DNA from: Pseudomonadota bacterium
Lineage (GTDB): Bacteria; Desulfobacterota; JAZDOA01
Length of the DNA: 52,477 nt
Assembly: GCA_043799175.1 (NCBI GenBank)
Contig: JAZDOA010000083.1
Location: 1 to 52,477 of the forward strand
Reading direction: 5' to 3'
Shown here: piece after piece, positions 42,335 through 52,328 of the stretch
Layout: each line of letters opens with the position of its first letter
How positions within the stretch are numbered: position 1 is the stretch's first letter
Made by a program: the position numbers and the translations under genes
Notes under the pieces: model-generated
Seen by the model: only the letters and a program-made list of their open reading frames with translations
The model's database searches: none
What the model was told of the DNA's origin: nothing

Positions 42335-42382
42335 CACCAAGGGGCCACCGCCGGATGAGGGAGAGCTACCCCTTTATCAAGA

Positions 42383-42766
42383 TCAAGTGAGGGGGTATGA
42401 ATTTGGGATTACGTGGCGGCGGACGGTCTCTTCGATGAGCCGGAGGGAAAAGGGTTTGGCCAGCAGCTCCCGCCGTGCCGAGCGGGCGATTCCGTCCGCC
42501 TCGCCCCAGGCGGACATTATGACCACGGGGATACCGTGCCAGTCCGCCCTGGTGGTGAGACGCCGGAGCAGCTCGATACCGTTGGCGTCGGGCAGCAGCA
42601 GGTCGAGCAGGATGAGATCAGGCGGCGGACCCTCTTCCAGACAGGCCATGGCCGCTCCACAGCTGTGGGCCAGCTTGCACTGGTAGCCGTCGCCGCGGAG
42701 CGCCAGGGCCAGCACGACGCAGGTGGCTTCGTCGTCATCGACGATCAGGATACTGGAGGCGTTCAT
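42383..42766 (-). CDS. Stand-alone response regulator receiver (CheY-like)
   Basis: ILIVDDD...LILLDLLLPDANG...A.G...KP. Confidence 0.85.
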   Translation of the reverse strand: MNASSILIVDDDEATCVVLALALRGDGYQCKLAHSCGAAMACLEEGPPPDLILLDLLLPDANGIELLRRLTTRADWHGIPVVIMSAWGEADGIARSARRELLAKPFSLRLIEETVRRHVIPNSYPLT

Positions 42767-42958
42767 GGTTCCCGGACTGGAGGGGTTGGGTACATTACAG
42801 CCGGTGAGCCCTATCGGGTTGCATGTAGTACAGCCAGGAACCCGCAGTCAAGAAAAATAGTGAAATTAGGTAGTAACGCCTATTGCTTGGCCGGAGTAAT
42901 GGGCATCTCCGGTGGCAACCCTTCTTGAAGGGATCCGTGTCTTCACCCTGTCCGCCCG

Positions 42959-43729
42959 CTATACATCTTCGCCGCGTTCGGCGCGTTCGGCGCTGTAGGT
43001 GGCCGCGCTCTTCAGGAACAGGCCGACCACCACGAACCAGACTCCGCCTATTGGATCCCCAAAGGCGAAGCGTGCCAGCCCCAGCAGGACGATCAGCCAG
43101 CCTACCACCACCCCGGCCGTGGTGGCCATCAGGGTAGAGCGCTTCAGGTTTTCCGTCTTCCACCAGAGAATGGCCCGCAGTGCCCTCCCGCCATCCAAGG
43201 GAAAGCCGGGAATGATGTTGAAGATCCCCAGCAGGGCGTTGACAATGACCAGATAGCCGAGGACGGCCAGGAGCGCGGCTGGTCCCGGCACGGCCAGGTA
43301 CAGGCCGTAGAAGAAGACAGCCAGCGCGAAGCTCGACATCGGGCCGGAGATGGCAATCTGGAACTCCGCCCCCGGATCCTTGGGTGCCTCGGCGAGGTTG
43401 GAGACGCCCCCAAAGAGGAAGAGGGTTATGCCGCTGATGTGCAACCCTTTGCGTATGGCGATCAGGGAGTGGGTAAGCTCGTGGGCGAGCACGCAGGCGA
43501 AGAGCAGCACGGCCGCCAGCGCTCCCAAGCCCCAGTGGATCCCCGGTCCCTGATGCGGCAGCACGGCCGGAAAGTAGCCCTCGGCCAGGCTCCAGGTGAC
43601 GAGGGCGAAGATAATCAGCCACGTGCGATTCACGAAAACGTCGATCCCGGCGATCCGCATGATCCGTAGCCCCCTCAAGGGAACTTCAGGCGGCTCGTGG
43701 CGCTCGTTGCTCTGTTCGGGTTCGGCCAT
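42959..43729 (-). CDS. M50 (site-2 protease) family membrane metalloprotease
   Basis: HELTHSL and NIIPGFPLDGG motifs; several TM helices; start taken at MAEPEQ. Confidence 0.8.
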   Translation of the reverse strand: MAEPEQSNERHEPPEVPLRGLRIMRIAGIDVFVNRTWLIIFALVTWSLAEGYFPAVLPHQGPGIHWGLGALAAVLLFACVLAHELTHSLIAIRKGLHISGITLFLFGGVSNLAEAPKDPGAEFQIAISGPMSSFALAVFFYGLYLAVPGPAALLAVLGYLVIVNALLGIFNIIPGFPLDGGRALRAILWWKTENLKRSTLMATTAGVVVGWLIVLLGLARFAFGDPIGGVWFVVVGLFLKSAATYSAERAERGEDV

Positions 43730-43836
43730 GGGTTTCGTCCCCTGTGTAGCGACAAACAATTCCACTATCAGGAACATAAGGCTCCGATTGGGTCGGGCAA
43801 GGCATGGCGACACTCCAAAACGGCGGCGGTATGCAG

Positions 43837-43866
43837 TTGACACGGCGTGGTCGCGGATGCTAAACG
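43837..43866 (+). promoter_or_regulatory. Possible promoter for the tRNA-Ser pair
   Basis: TTGACA-18 nt-TAAACG, about 40 nt upstream of the first tRNA. Confidence 0.3.
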
Positions 43867-43902
43867 TCGTGAGGTGTCATTCGGCTAGAGGAGTGTCTTT
43901 TG

Positions 43903-43985
43903 GGAGGGATGGCCGAGTGGTTTAAGGCGGCGGTCATGAAAACCGTTGACCGAAAGGTCCGTGGGTTCGAATCCCTCTCCCTCCG
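43903..43985 (+). tRNA. tRNA-Ser (anticodon UGA as read), atypical: A at position 33, U:U in T-stem, no encoded CCA
   Basis: Class II cloverleaf GGAGGGATGGCCGAGTGGTTTAAGGCG...; anticodon stem GCGGT/ACCGT; loop CATGAAA; variable arm GACC-GAAA-GGTC. Confidence 0.75.
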
Positions 43986-44000
43986 CTCGGAATTTATTAC

Positions 44001-44096
44001 GGAGAGATGGCCGAGTAGGTTTAAGGCGCTCGCCTGCTAAGCGAGTGTAGGGCCTTAAAAGTCCTACCGAGGGTTCGAATCCCTCTCTCTCCGCCA
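44001..44096 (+). tRNA. tRNA-Ser (anticodon GCU), CCA encoded
   Basis: GGAGAGATGGCCGAG...CTCGC-CTGCTAA-GCGAG; long variable arm; GAGGG-TTCGAAT-CCCTC. Confidence 0.92.
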
Positions 44097-44163
44097 TCAC
44101 CATTGGCGGTCCCAGACTACACAGCACGAAGCGACAGATAGCCAGCGCCAGGCAATCATCAGG

Positions 44164-45075
44164 ATGGCAGAGCAAATGAAAAGCGCTTTTCGTCCCGCCA
44201 CGCCGGTGACCAGCTTGTCTGTCGGCTCCGACGAGGCCCCGCAGGCCCCCGTGGGTATCACCGAGCTTGCCGCGCTGGCCAGACAGATCAGGAAAGACAT
44301 CCTGATAATGCTCAACAAGGCCAGGTCTGGCCATACGGGCGGCTCTCTGTCCGCCACTGACATCCTGGTTGCCCTGTTCTTCTCCAGGTTGCGCCACAAG
44401 CCCCGGAATCCCCGCTGGCCCGAGCGCGACCGCTTCGTACTGTCTAAGGGGCATGCCGCCCCCGCCTATTACGCGGTCCTTGCCCACTGTGGCTACTTCC
44501 CGCTCAGCCAGTTGCTCACCCTGCGCCAGATCGGCAGCTGCCTGCAGGGCCATCCGGACTGCATGCTGACCCCAGGGGTAGAGTGCTCCACCGGCTCGCT
44601 GGGCCAGGGTGTTTCGGTCGCGGTGGGTATGGCGTTGGGGCTCAGGCTCGACGCCAGGTCTTCCCGGGTGTACGCCCTGCTGGGCGATGGCGAGACCCAG
44701 GAGGGCCAGGTCTGGGAGGCGGTCATGTCCGCCGCCCACTACAGGCTCGATAACTTCTGCGCCATTGTGGACTGTAACGGGCTGCAGATCGACGGGCCGG
44801 TGCGTCAGATCATGAACGTCGAGCCCCTGGGGGCCAAGTTCCATGCCTTCGGCTGGCACGTGGTCGAAATCGACGGCCACGACATGGCCCAGATAGTCGA
44901 TGCCCTCAACGGCGCCGAGACCATCAAGGAGCGCCCGACGGCTATAATCGCCCACACCGTCAAGGGCAAGGGCGTTTCTCTCTTCGAGGACAAGGTGGCC
45001 TATCACGGGGTGGCGCCCACCGACGAAGAGCTGGCCCAAGCGCTTCAGGAACTCGACGCGGCTTCACTAAAGTAA
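44164..45075 (+). CDS. Transketolase, N-terminal (TPP-binding) subunit of a split enzyme
   Basis: [33 protein letters not shown] motifs; 303 aa. Confidence 0.9.
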   Translation: MAEQMKSAFRPATPVTSLSVGSDEAPQAPVGITELAALARQIRKDILIMLNKARSGHTGGSLSATDILVALFFSRLRHKPRNPRWPERDRFVLSKGHAAPAYYAVLAHCGYFPLSQLLTLRQIGSCLQGHPDCMLTPGVECSTGSLGQGVSVAVGMALGLRLDARSSRVYALLGDGETQEGQVWEAVMSAAHYRLDNFCAIVDCNGLQIDGPVRQIMNVEPLGAKFHAFGWHVVEIDGHDMAQIVDALNGAETIKERPTAIIAHTVKGKGVSLFEDKVAYHGVAPTDEELAQALQELDAASLK

Positions 45076-45085
45076 GGAGGCGTTT

Positions 45086-46065
45086 GTGGCAGGCGAGGCT
45101 GTTCGCGACAGATATGGCAAGGTTTTGGCCAGGCTTGGCGAGACGAGGCCTGATATCGTCGTCCTCGATGCCGACCTGTCTGGGTCCACCAAGACCGAGG
45201 TCTTTGGGCGCCGGTTTCCCGAGCGCTTCTTCAACATGGGCATCGCCGAGCAGAACATGATCGGCGTGGCGGCCGGTCTGGCCCACACCGGCAGGGTGCC
45301 CTTCGCCTCCACCTTCGCCATTTTCGCCACGGGGAGGGCATGGGAGCAGGTCCGCCAGTCGGTTGCCTACTCGGCGGTCAACGTGAAGATCGTGGCCTCG
45401 CACGGGGGCGTTACCGTGGGGGACGACGGGGGTCGCACCAGGCGGTGGAAGACGTCGCCCTGATGCGCATTCTGCCCAATATGGTTGTCATAGTCCCGGC
45501 TGATGCCGTCGAGATGGAAAAGGTCATCGAGTGCATCGCCGACTACCGCGGTCCGGTCTACGTGCGCGGGGCGCGAATCAAGTTTCCCATCATCCACGAC
45601 CAGGACTACAAGTTCCAGATAGGCCGGGGGGATCTGCTGCGTGACGGACGGGACTTGGCCATGATCGCCTATGGTCTGATGGTCCACCACTGCCTGGAGG
45701 CCGCCGGGATTCTCGCCGCGCAAGGGCTGCAATGCCGGGTCATCAATATGTCCACTGTCAAACCACTGGACCAGGAAATGACCGTGGCCGCGGCGCGGGA
45801 ATGTGGGGCGGTGCTCACCTGCGAAGAGCACCTGATCTGCGGCGGGTTGGGCTCGGCGGTGGCCGAATGTCTGGGGGAGCACTGCCCGGTGCCCCTGGGC
45901 CGGGTGGGCATAACCGACAAGTTTGGAATTTCGGGGCCACCTGAGGCTCTGCTGGGTCATTTCAGGCTGCTGCCGGCCGACATTGCCGAGGCGGCGCAAC
46001 GCCTCCACGCTCGCAAGCCGAGACCCGGGGCGGTGGAACGCGCGCCGGCCCAAGGGGTCTCTTAG
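45086..46065 (+). pseudogene. Transketolase C-terminal (pyrimidine-binding) subunit, reading frame broken by a 1-nt frameshift
   Basis: ORF 45086-45463 (..[29 protein letters not shown]) continues in ORF 45340-46065 ([12 protein letters not shown]..). The junction is at the G5 run 45428-45432. RBS TAAGGAGG, GTG start. Confidence 0.85.
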
Positions 46066-46124
46066 TCGTTTTGCATGATCGCTTCCCGTGTTGTTGCGTA
46101 CTTTGCTACTCTTGACTGCCAATC

Positions 46125-46817
46125 ATGATTGCCTGCTCCAGCCTCACCAAATTCTATAGCGGCGAGCTCGCCGAGTGCGCGCTGCACTCTGTAGATCTCT
46201 ACATCGGCAAGGGCGAGTTCGTGGTCATTCGGGGCCACGTCGGAGCGGGGAAGAGCACCCTGTTGCGCCTGCTCTGCGGCCTGATCGACCCCACGTCCGG
46301 CACCATCGAGGTACACGGCGTGCGTCTGCCCACCGGCCGCCGCCGGCTGGCCGCCCTACGGCGGACCATGGGCATCATCGAACAGGAGCCGCGCCTCATC
46401 GAGAAGGCGAGCATCTACGAGAACGTCGCCCTGGGGCTGGAGGTGCTCGGCCTTACGGGGGGCAATCTGAAACGCAAGACCATCGAGTCCCTCCGCAGCC
46501 TGGGGCTGGAGGCCCAGGCTGGGCTGCGGCCGGACAGGCTGTCCGCCGGTCAGCGTCAGAAGGTGTGTGTGGCCCGGGCCCTGGCAGGCGAGCCGCTCAT
46601 AGTGCTGGCCGACGAGCCGTGCCGTCATCTCGATGCCGACGGCGCCTCCGAAGTCCTTTCCTATCTACGTTGGCTCAACCTGCAGGGTTCCACCGTGGTC
46701 GCGGTCTGCGGAGAGTGCTGGCCGCCGATGGACGTCCCGGCGCGTTGCCTCAAGCTGACGCGCGGCCGCCTGACGATTGAGGCGGCCGCCGCCAAGGGGA
46801 TGAAATGCGCCTGCTGA
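46125..46817 (+). CDS. ftsE: Cell-division ABC ATPase FtsE-like
   Basis: Walker A GHVGAGKST, signature LSAGQRQ, Walker B LIVLADEP; followed by ftsX. Confidence 0.8.
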   Translation: MIACSSLTKFYSGELAECALHSVDLYIGKGEFVVIRGHVGAGKSTLLRLLCGLIDPTSGTIEVHGVRLPTGRRRLAALRRTMGIIEQEPRLIEKASIYENVALGLEVLGLTGGNLKRKTIESLRSLGLEAQAGLRPDRLSAGQRQKVCVARALAGEPLIVLADEPCRHLDADGASEVLSYLRWLNLQGSTVVAVCGECWPPMDVPARCLKLTRGRLTIEAAAAKGMKCAC

Positions 46818-47701
46818 ACCGTGCCCTGCGGGGGCTCGTCCGCAACGCCGGCCTGCAGGCGCTCACCGCCGCGACCGTGGCCCTGATTTTTCTGGTCGTG
46901 GCGGCCCTGGCCCTCATTCACCAGAACCTCGATCAGGTCATTGTCAACTGGAAGCGGCAGTTTCGCATGATCGTCGTGGTGGAGCACGGGGTGCCCACCG
47001 ATGACCTTACCACGCTGCAGAAGGAGCTCGCCGCTCTGCCTGGAGTAGAGTGCCTGGAATACATAGACAGCGACGCGGCCATGCAGTCCCTGGCGGATCG
47101 CCTCAAGGCCTCTCGCACCGAGAGCGGCTCGAACCAGGAGAGGATACTGGACCTGTTGACCCGCAACCCCCTGCCGCCCTCCTTCCGGCTGCAAATCAGC
47201 CCGGAGAGTCAGGAGCCGGCCACCCTCAGGCTTCTGGCCCGGCAGGCCGGGGCGCTGAGCGGCGTGGCCGAGGTACGTTACGGCGACGCCTGGGTGAGCC
47301 GCTTCCATAGCTTCTTCCTGTTGTTCAAACTGGTGGCCCTGATGACCTGCAGCTTGCTTTTCGTGGCCACGGCCTTTATCATCTCGACCCAGTTCAACCT
47401 GGCCCTCTGGATCCGGCGCGACGAAATAGACCTGATGAAGCTGCTCGGGGCCGACGAGGCCTTCATCAAGGCGCCCTATCTGATCGAAGGCGCGCTGATA
47501 GGCGCGGCGGGGGCCGCCGTCGCCGTCATTATTCTCTCGGGGCTGTACGGACTCTTCCTCAGCCAGGCTGGCACGGAGATTGAAAGCCTGCTGTCCGAGG
47601 TCCATTTTCTTTCGGCGAGGGTTGCGTTCGGTCTCATCGGCCTGGCGGTCGTTTTGGGGACCGTGGGCAGCCTGGTTTCCATACGCAGGCTATCTCCATG
47701 A
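46805..47701 (+). CDS. ftsX: FtsX-like permease
   Basis: N-terminal TM, periplasmic loop, three C-terminal TM helices; overlaps ftsE and the next gene. Confidence 0.8.
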   Translation: MRLLNRALRGLVRNAGLQALTAATVALIFLVVAALALIHQNLDQVIVNWKRQFRMIVVVEHGVPTDDLTTLQKELAALPGVECLEYIDSDAAMQSLADRLKASRTESGSNQERILDLLTRNPLPPSFRLQISPESQEPATLRLLARQAGALSGVAEVRYGDAWVSRFHSFFLLFKLVALMTCSLLFVATAFIISTQFNLALWIRRDEIDLMKLLGADEAFIKAPYLIEGALIGAAGAAVAVIILSGLYGLFLSQAGTEIESLLSEVHFLSARVAFGLIGLAVVLGTVGSLVSIRRLSP

Positions 47702-48990
47702 TCTCCTTGCTTTCCTTTTTTGTTTCTCTTCTGCTCGTCTTCGCCGCCACGGGTGGGGCCGAGGGGGCGCCCCTGCAGCAGAAGATCAAGGAGCAAAAGG
47801 CCAGGGCCCGCCAGGTCGAGCGGGAGCTTGGCGAGAAGAAGCGGGCACTACAGCAGGTCAACCGCAAGGAGCGCAGCACGGCGGACGAGCTCAAGGTCCT
47901 GGAGCGTGAGCTTACGGCCCGGGAGAGCCGGCTGCGGGAAATGGAAAAACAGGCCAGGGCCTGTGAGGTCTCTTACGCCCAGGCCAAGGCCGAGCTGGAG
48001 CAGCTCCTGCAGCAGTGCGGGCAGCTCAAGGAATCCATCGGGGACGGGCTGGTGTTGCTGGCAGAGCTGGAGCCGCAGAGCGACTGCGCGGCCCTGTTCG
48101 GCAGGGAGCACCCCAGCCACCTGACCGAGTCCGCCATATATCTGGAGCGGTTGGCCGATGTCGAGGCCTCGGCTCTGGAGGCACGGCAGGCCAACGCGGA
48201 GCGCATAAGGCAGAGCCAGGACAAGACCGAGGCGGAGCACAAGAAGCTGTTGGAGCTGAGGGCCGGCGTGGCCAAGGAGAAGGCCGCCATGGAGCGGCAG
48301 CAGGCCGAGAAGGGCGTGCTGCTGGCCTCGTTGGGCCGCGAGAAGCAAAGCTACGTGCGGCAGACACGCCAGCTTGAAGCCGCCTCCCACGGCATCCGCC
48401 AGATCCTGGATGAACTGGAAGACAAATTGAACGCCGCCCGCGAGGCGGAACGACGGCGCCGGGCGGCGGAAGAGCGTCGGGCGACACAACAACGCCGGGC
48501 GACACAAGAGCGCCGGGAGATTGGCACCCCCGCCAAGACCAGAGCTCCTTCGGTGCCGGTCTTGCCGCCGCTGCCCAATACGGGCTTCGGCGCCCTCAGG
48601 GGCAGGCTGCCCCTGCCCGTGGCGGGTCGGGTCGTTTCGGACTTCGGGCAGGCGGATGGCCAAGGCATGCTGAGCACCGGCGTGGATATCGCCTCATCCA
48701 ACGGCGCCAGCATTTGCAGCGTATGGAAGGGGCGGGTGGCTTACGCCGGAATGCTCAAGGGCTACGGCAAGTTGATAATAATTGACCATGGCGACGGATT
48801 CTATACGCTCTACGGGCGCGCGGCCTCCCTGTCGAGGACGGAGGGGCAGCAGGTCGAAAAGGGCGAGGTACTTGGCACCGTGGCCGACGGGGGCCGGGGG
48901 CTGTACTTCGAAATCCGTCATCATCGCACGCCGCAGAACCCGCTCACGTGGCTGGCGTCGCGCGGCTCGCTCAATATCTCCGGCAGATAG
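47698..48990 (+). CDS. EnvC-like murein hydrolase activator (coiled coil + degenerate LytM/M23 domain)
   Basis: Long Q/E/R/A-rich coiled coil. C-terminal M23 fold lacks the catalytic His ligands (STGVDIA in place of HxGxD; GLYFEIRHH in place of HxH). Confidence 0.8.
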   Translation: MISLLSFFVSLLLVFAATGGAEGAPLQQKIKEQKARARQVERELGEKKRALQQVNRKERSTADELKVLERELTARESRLREMEKQARACEVSYAQAKAELEQLLQQCGQLKESIGDGLVLLAELEPQSDCAALFGREHPSHLTESAIYLERLADVEASALEARQANAERIRQSQDKTEAEHKKLLELRAGVAKEKAAMERQQAEKGVLLASLGREKQSYVRQTRQLEAASHGIRQILDELEDKLNAAREAERRRRAAEERRATQQRRATQERREIGTPAKTRAPSVPVLPPLPNTGFGALRGRLPLPVAGRVVSDFGQADGQGMLSTGVDIASSNGASICSVWKGRVAYAGMLKGYGKLIIIDHGDGFYTLYGRAASLSRTEGQQVEKGEVLGTVADGGRGLYFEIRHHRTPQNPLTWLASRGSLNISGR

Positions 48991-49015
48991 AACAAGCCCG
49001 GTCCGGGAGGGACAG

Positions 49016-50374
49016 ATGTCCGACAAGTTCAAGGTCAGGAAAACCTGGCTTCTTTTGACCATTCTGGGGCTCGTCTTCTTCATGGGGGCCAATCAGCCCG
49101 CCTCCAAGGAGGCGTCCCGACCCCATGACGACATTTATAAAAAGCTGCGGGTGTTTGCCGACGTGCTCGACCTGGTACAGAAAAACTATGTCGAGCCCGT
49201 CGATACCGACGAGCTCATCTACGGTGCCGTGGACGGCATGCTGAACAAGCTCGATCCGCACTCTTCCTTCATGCCGCCTGATTCCTACAAAGAGCTTCAG
49301 ATAGAGACCAAGGGGCGCTTCGAGGGCGTAGGCATCGAAATAACCATGAAGGACGAGGTGCTGACAGTCGTCTCGCCCATAGAGGGCACTCCCGCGGAAA
49401 AGCTGGGGATCAAGGCCGGAGACCGCATCATCATGATTGACGGCCACTCCACCAAGAACATGAGCATGGTGGACGCGGTCAAGAAGATGCGCGGCGCAAA
49501 GGGGACGGAAGTGGTCCTCACCATTTTCCGCGAAGGTCTGGGTAAGCCCAAGGAGTTCAAAATAGTCCGGGACATCATTCCCATTGCCAGCGTCAAGAGC
49601 CGAATGCTCGAGGACGGCTATGGGTATGTGCGCATCACCAACTTCCGTGACAAGACGCATCAGGACCTAGTGGCGGCCCTGAAAGTGCTGGAGTCCGGCA
49701 AGGTGCCTCTGCGGGGCCTGGTGCTGGATCTGCGCAACGACCCCGGCGGTCTGCTTGACCAGGCGGTTGACGTCGCCGACGAGTTTCTGAAGGAAGGGCT
49801 CATTGTCTACACCGACGGTCGCATCAAGAGTCAGAACATGAAGTTCGAGGCCACCAAGAAAGAGACCCCTCTCCACCGCTACCCCATCGTGGTGCTGGTG
49901 AACGAAGGCTCGGCCTCGGCTTCCGAGATCGTGGCCGGCGCCCTGCAAGACCACAAGCGCGCCCTGGTCATTGGGGTGCAGACTTTCGGCAAAGGCTCGG
50001 TACAGACGGTAATGCCCCTGGAGGACGGTTCGGCCCTGCGCCTGACGACCGCGCGCTACTACACCCCCAATGGGCGCTGCATTCAGGCCAAGGGCATCGC
50101 CCCTGACGTGGTGATCGAGGACGTGATGCTGGCCAAGAAAGAGGCGGACGCGTCCGAGCGGCTCCGCGAGGCGGATCTGGAGCGCCATTTGGCCAATCCC
50201 GTCGGCGAGACGAACGATGTCCGGGATGCTTCCGAGGCTGAGCCCCCCCTGCCGGAGCCCAAGGAAGGCGCGGCCGCCAGGAAGCCTGACGCCTCCTCCG
50301 ATGACGTGCAGTTGGCCAGTGCCTTGAGGTTGTTGAAGAGCTGGCAGATTTTCTCCCACGTGACGGTGGAGTAG
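49016..50374 (+). CDS. ctpA: Carboxy-terminal processing protease (S41)
   Basis: PDZ region GIKAGDRIIMIDG, catalytic GSASASEIVAGALQD and TFGKGSVQ; ATG 49016 after GGGAGGGA; TM anchor. Confidence 0.9.
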   Translation: MSDKFKVRKTWLLLTILGLVFFMGANQPASKEASRPHDDIYKKLRVFADVLDLVQKNYVEPVDTDELIYGAVDGMLNKLDPHSSFMPPDSYKELQIETKGRFEGVGIEITMKDEVLTVVSPIEGTPAEKLGIKAGDRIIMIDGHSTKNMSMVDAVKKMRGAKGTEVVLTIFREGLGKPKEFKIVRDIIPIASVKSRMLEDGYGYVRITNFRDKTHQDLVAALKVLESGKVPLRGLVLDLRNDPGGLLDQAVDVADEFLKEGLIVYTDGRIKSQNMKFEATKKETPLHRYPIVVLVNEGSASASEIVAGALQDHKRALVIGVQTFGKGSVQTVMPLEDGSALRLTTARYYTPNGRCIQAKGIAPDVVIEDVMLAKKEADASERLREADLERHLANPVGETNDVRDASEAEPPLPEPKEGAAARKPDASSDDVQLASALRLLKSWQIFSHVTVE

Positions 50375-50395
50375 GCCCACCGCGGGAGCCGGGGA

Positions 50396-51607
50396 GTGGC
50401 GACTCATCGGAACAGAAGAGGCTGCCCCAGCACCCGCGGCCGCAACCGCAGGCTGGTGGCGCTGGGGGCGGTCGTGGTTGTCGTGGCCTTGGGCCTGGGG
50501 GTACTTATGTACCTGGCGGGGCCGCGGCTCAAGGGTCTCTTCCACCTGCCGGGGCGGCGGGAGGCAGGGCCGCTGTATGAGCAGACCGAGGATCTGCCCG
50601 GATTTGTCGCCCGAGTGGATCACGCCCTCTACGGCGCGCTATTTCGGCTTGGGGTGGAGGCCGAAGCCATCAGCTTCGAGCGGGTGGAACGCAGACGCCT
50701 TGACGGCAAGGAGTGGGAGGAGGCTCATGTTCGGGTGAGGTTGCCGCGCCGGGTAGGCCTGAAGGCCGCCCAGGCCGAGATGCTGCGTTCTCTGGCGCCC
50801 TTCGGAAAGAGGCTTTCAACCACCTGGCAAACCGGGGCGAACGGTGGCCGGCTTTATGTTCGTTGGGACGGGCTGCTGACGCACTGCGTGGAGCTGCACA
50901 GGGGGCTCCGGGTGCCGAAGGCGCTGGTTGCGCCGCCGCCGGCCCCACTGCCGCGCGTGGCGGTGGTGATGGACGATCTCGGCTACGACCCCGGCCAGTT
51001 TGAGCGGGTCAAGAAGCTAAGAGCGGAGATCACCTGCAGCGTGCTGCCCCTCAGCCCTCATGGGCGGCGGATTGCCCAGCTGGCTGCCGAGGCGGGGCTT
51101 GAGTGTCTGTTGCACCTGCCCATGGAGGCCGAGGGCCTGCCGTTGAAGAAGCTGGGTGACGGTGCCCTTCTCATGGACATGGACGCCGGTCAGCTCCTCC
51201 ACGCCCTTAGGGAGGATCTGAACGACCTTCCGCGTGTCAGCGGCGTCAACAATCACATGGGCTCGCTGCTAACGGCCAATGCCCCCCGCATGAAGGTCGT
51301 TCTGCGGGAGCTGAAGCGGCGCAATCTCTTTTTTCTGGACAGCCGCACCACGTCTCGCTCTCTCGGCTGCTCTCTGGCGGAGAAAATGGGCGTGAAAACG
51401 GCGGGCCGCAGTATCTTTCTGGATGATGTGCAGGACAAGGCCGCCGTGCTGGCCCAACTGGCCAAGCTGGTGAGCGTGGCCAGGTCTCAGGGAAAGGCCG
51501 TGGCCATCTGCCACCCCTATCCGGCCACGCTAGGGGCCCTGGAAGAGGGGCTGCCGTCGCTCAAGGGTAAGGTGCGACTGGTTCCAGTCTCTCGGCTGGT
51601 TCATTGA
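50396..51607 (+). CDS. Divergent polysaccharide deacetylase family protein (YibQ-like)
   Basis: N-terminal TM; C-terminal V.DD.G...HLPME...NNHMGS...FLDSRTT pattern; the same envC-yibQ neighbourhood exists in E. coli. Confidence 0.75.
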   Translation: MATHRNRRGCPSTRGRNRRLVALGAVVVVVALGLGVLMYLAGPRLKGLFHLPGRREAGPLYEQTEDLPGFVARVDHALYGALFRLGVEAEAISFERVERRRLDGKEWEEAHVRVRLPRRVGLKAAQAEMLRSLAPFGKRLSTTWQTGANGGRLYVRWDGLLTHCVELHRGLRVPKALVAPPPAPLPRVAVVMDDLGYDPGQFERVKKLRAEITCSVLPLSPHGRRIAQLAAEAGLECLLHLPMEAEGLPLKKLGDGALLMDMDAGQLLHALREDLNDLPRVSGVNNHMGSLLTANAPRMKVVLRELKRRNLFFLDSRTTSRSLGCSLAEKMGVKTAGRSIFLDDVQDKAAVLAQLAKLVSVARSQGKAVAICHPYPATLGALEEGLPSLKGKVRLVPVSRLVH

Positions 51608-51671
51608 ACGCCCGCCCGCCTTCGCGGGAGGTTTTGGGAAGCCTACACCCACGGTGAAACAGGAGTCAAAG

Positions 51672-52328
51672 ATGGGCGACGTGGAAGCGGTGCTCTCCCA
51701 GATACAATGGCTGGGGCACGACACATTCCGGATCGAGCTCGGCGGAGACAAGAGAATCTATACCGACCCGTACCGGATCATGGGCGGCAAGCCGGGTACC
51801 ATCGTGCTGATTACCCACAGCCATTTTGACCATTGCTCTCCCGACGACGTGGCCATGCTCCAGAACGCCGGCACCACGATCGTGGCCACGGCGGACTGCG
51901 GCGCCAAGCTGAAGGGCAGGGTGAAGACGGTAAAGCCGGGTGACCACCTCACGGTCGAGGGTGTGGACATCGAAGCGGTGCCCGCCTATAACACTAACAA
52001 GAGCTTCCACCCTCAGGCATCGGGGTGGGTGGGCTACGTCTTCAACGTGGGCGGGGTGCGCGTCTATCTGGCCGGGGACACCGACTCCATCCCCGAGATG
52101 AAGAACGTCCACTGTGACATAGCGCTCCTGCCCGTCTCGGGCACCTATGTCATGACCGCCGAGGAGGCCGCGGAGGCGGCCCTTGTCCTGAAGCCCAAGG
52201 TGGCCGTGCCCATGCACTATGGGGCCGTGGTCGGTTCCGAGGCGGATGCCCGCCGCTTCAAGGAGGTTCTCGAAGGCAAGGTCGAGGTAAGGATTCTGCC
52301 CCAGACCAAGGGCGTCGGCACGCCTTAG
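51672..52328 (+). CDS. MBL-fold metallo-hydrolase (UPF0173-like)
   Basis: ITHSHFDHC (HxHxDH), later D and H ligands; ATG 51672 preceded by AGGAG. Confidence 0.85.
   Translation: MGDVEAVLSQIQWLGHDTFRIELGGDKRIYTDPYRIMGGKPGTIVLITHSHFDHCSPDDVAMLQNAGTTIVATADCGAKLKGRVKTVKPGDHLTVEGVDIEAVPAYNTNKSFHPQASGWVGYVFNVGGVRVYLAGDTDSIPEMKNVHCDIALLPVSGTYVMTAEEAAEAALVLKPKVAVPMHYGAVVGSEADARRFKEVLEGKVEVRILPQTKGVGTP

Noticed and set aside
41357-42766. IMPase-fold protein plus stand-alone response regulator as a functional pair or satellite of the BMC locus
   Set aside because: The two genes are convergent and not co-transcribed, lie about 7 kb from the BMC genes with housekeeping genes between, and have no encapsulation-peptide-like termini. 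There is no sequence evidence for a link.
43730-44164. Genomic island or integrase next to the tandem tRNA-Ser genes
   Set aside because: tRNA-Ser genes are common integration sites, but the flanking genes are housekeeping (M50 protease, transketolase). No integrase, direct repeat of the tRNA 3' end or compositional break was seen.
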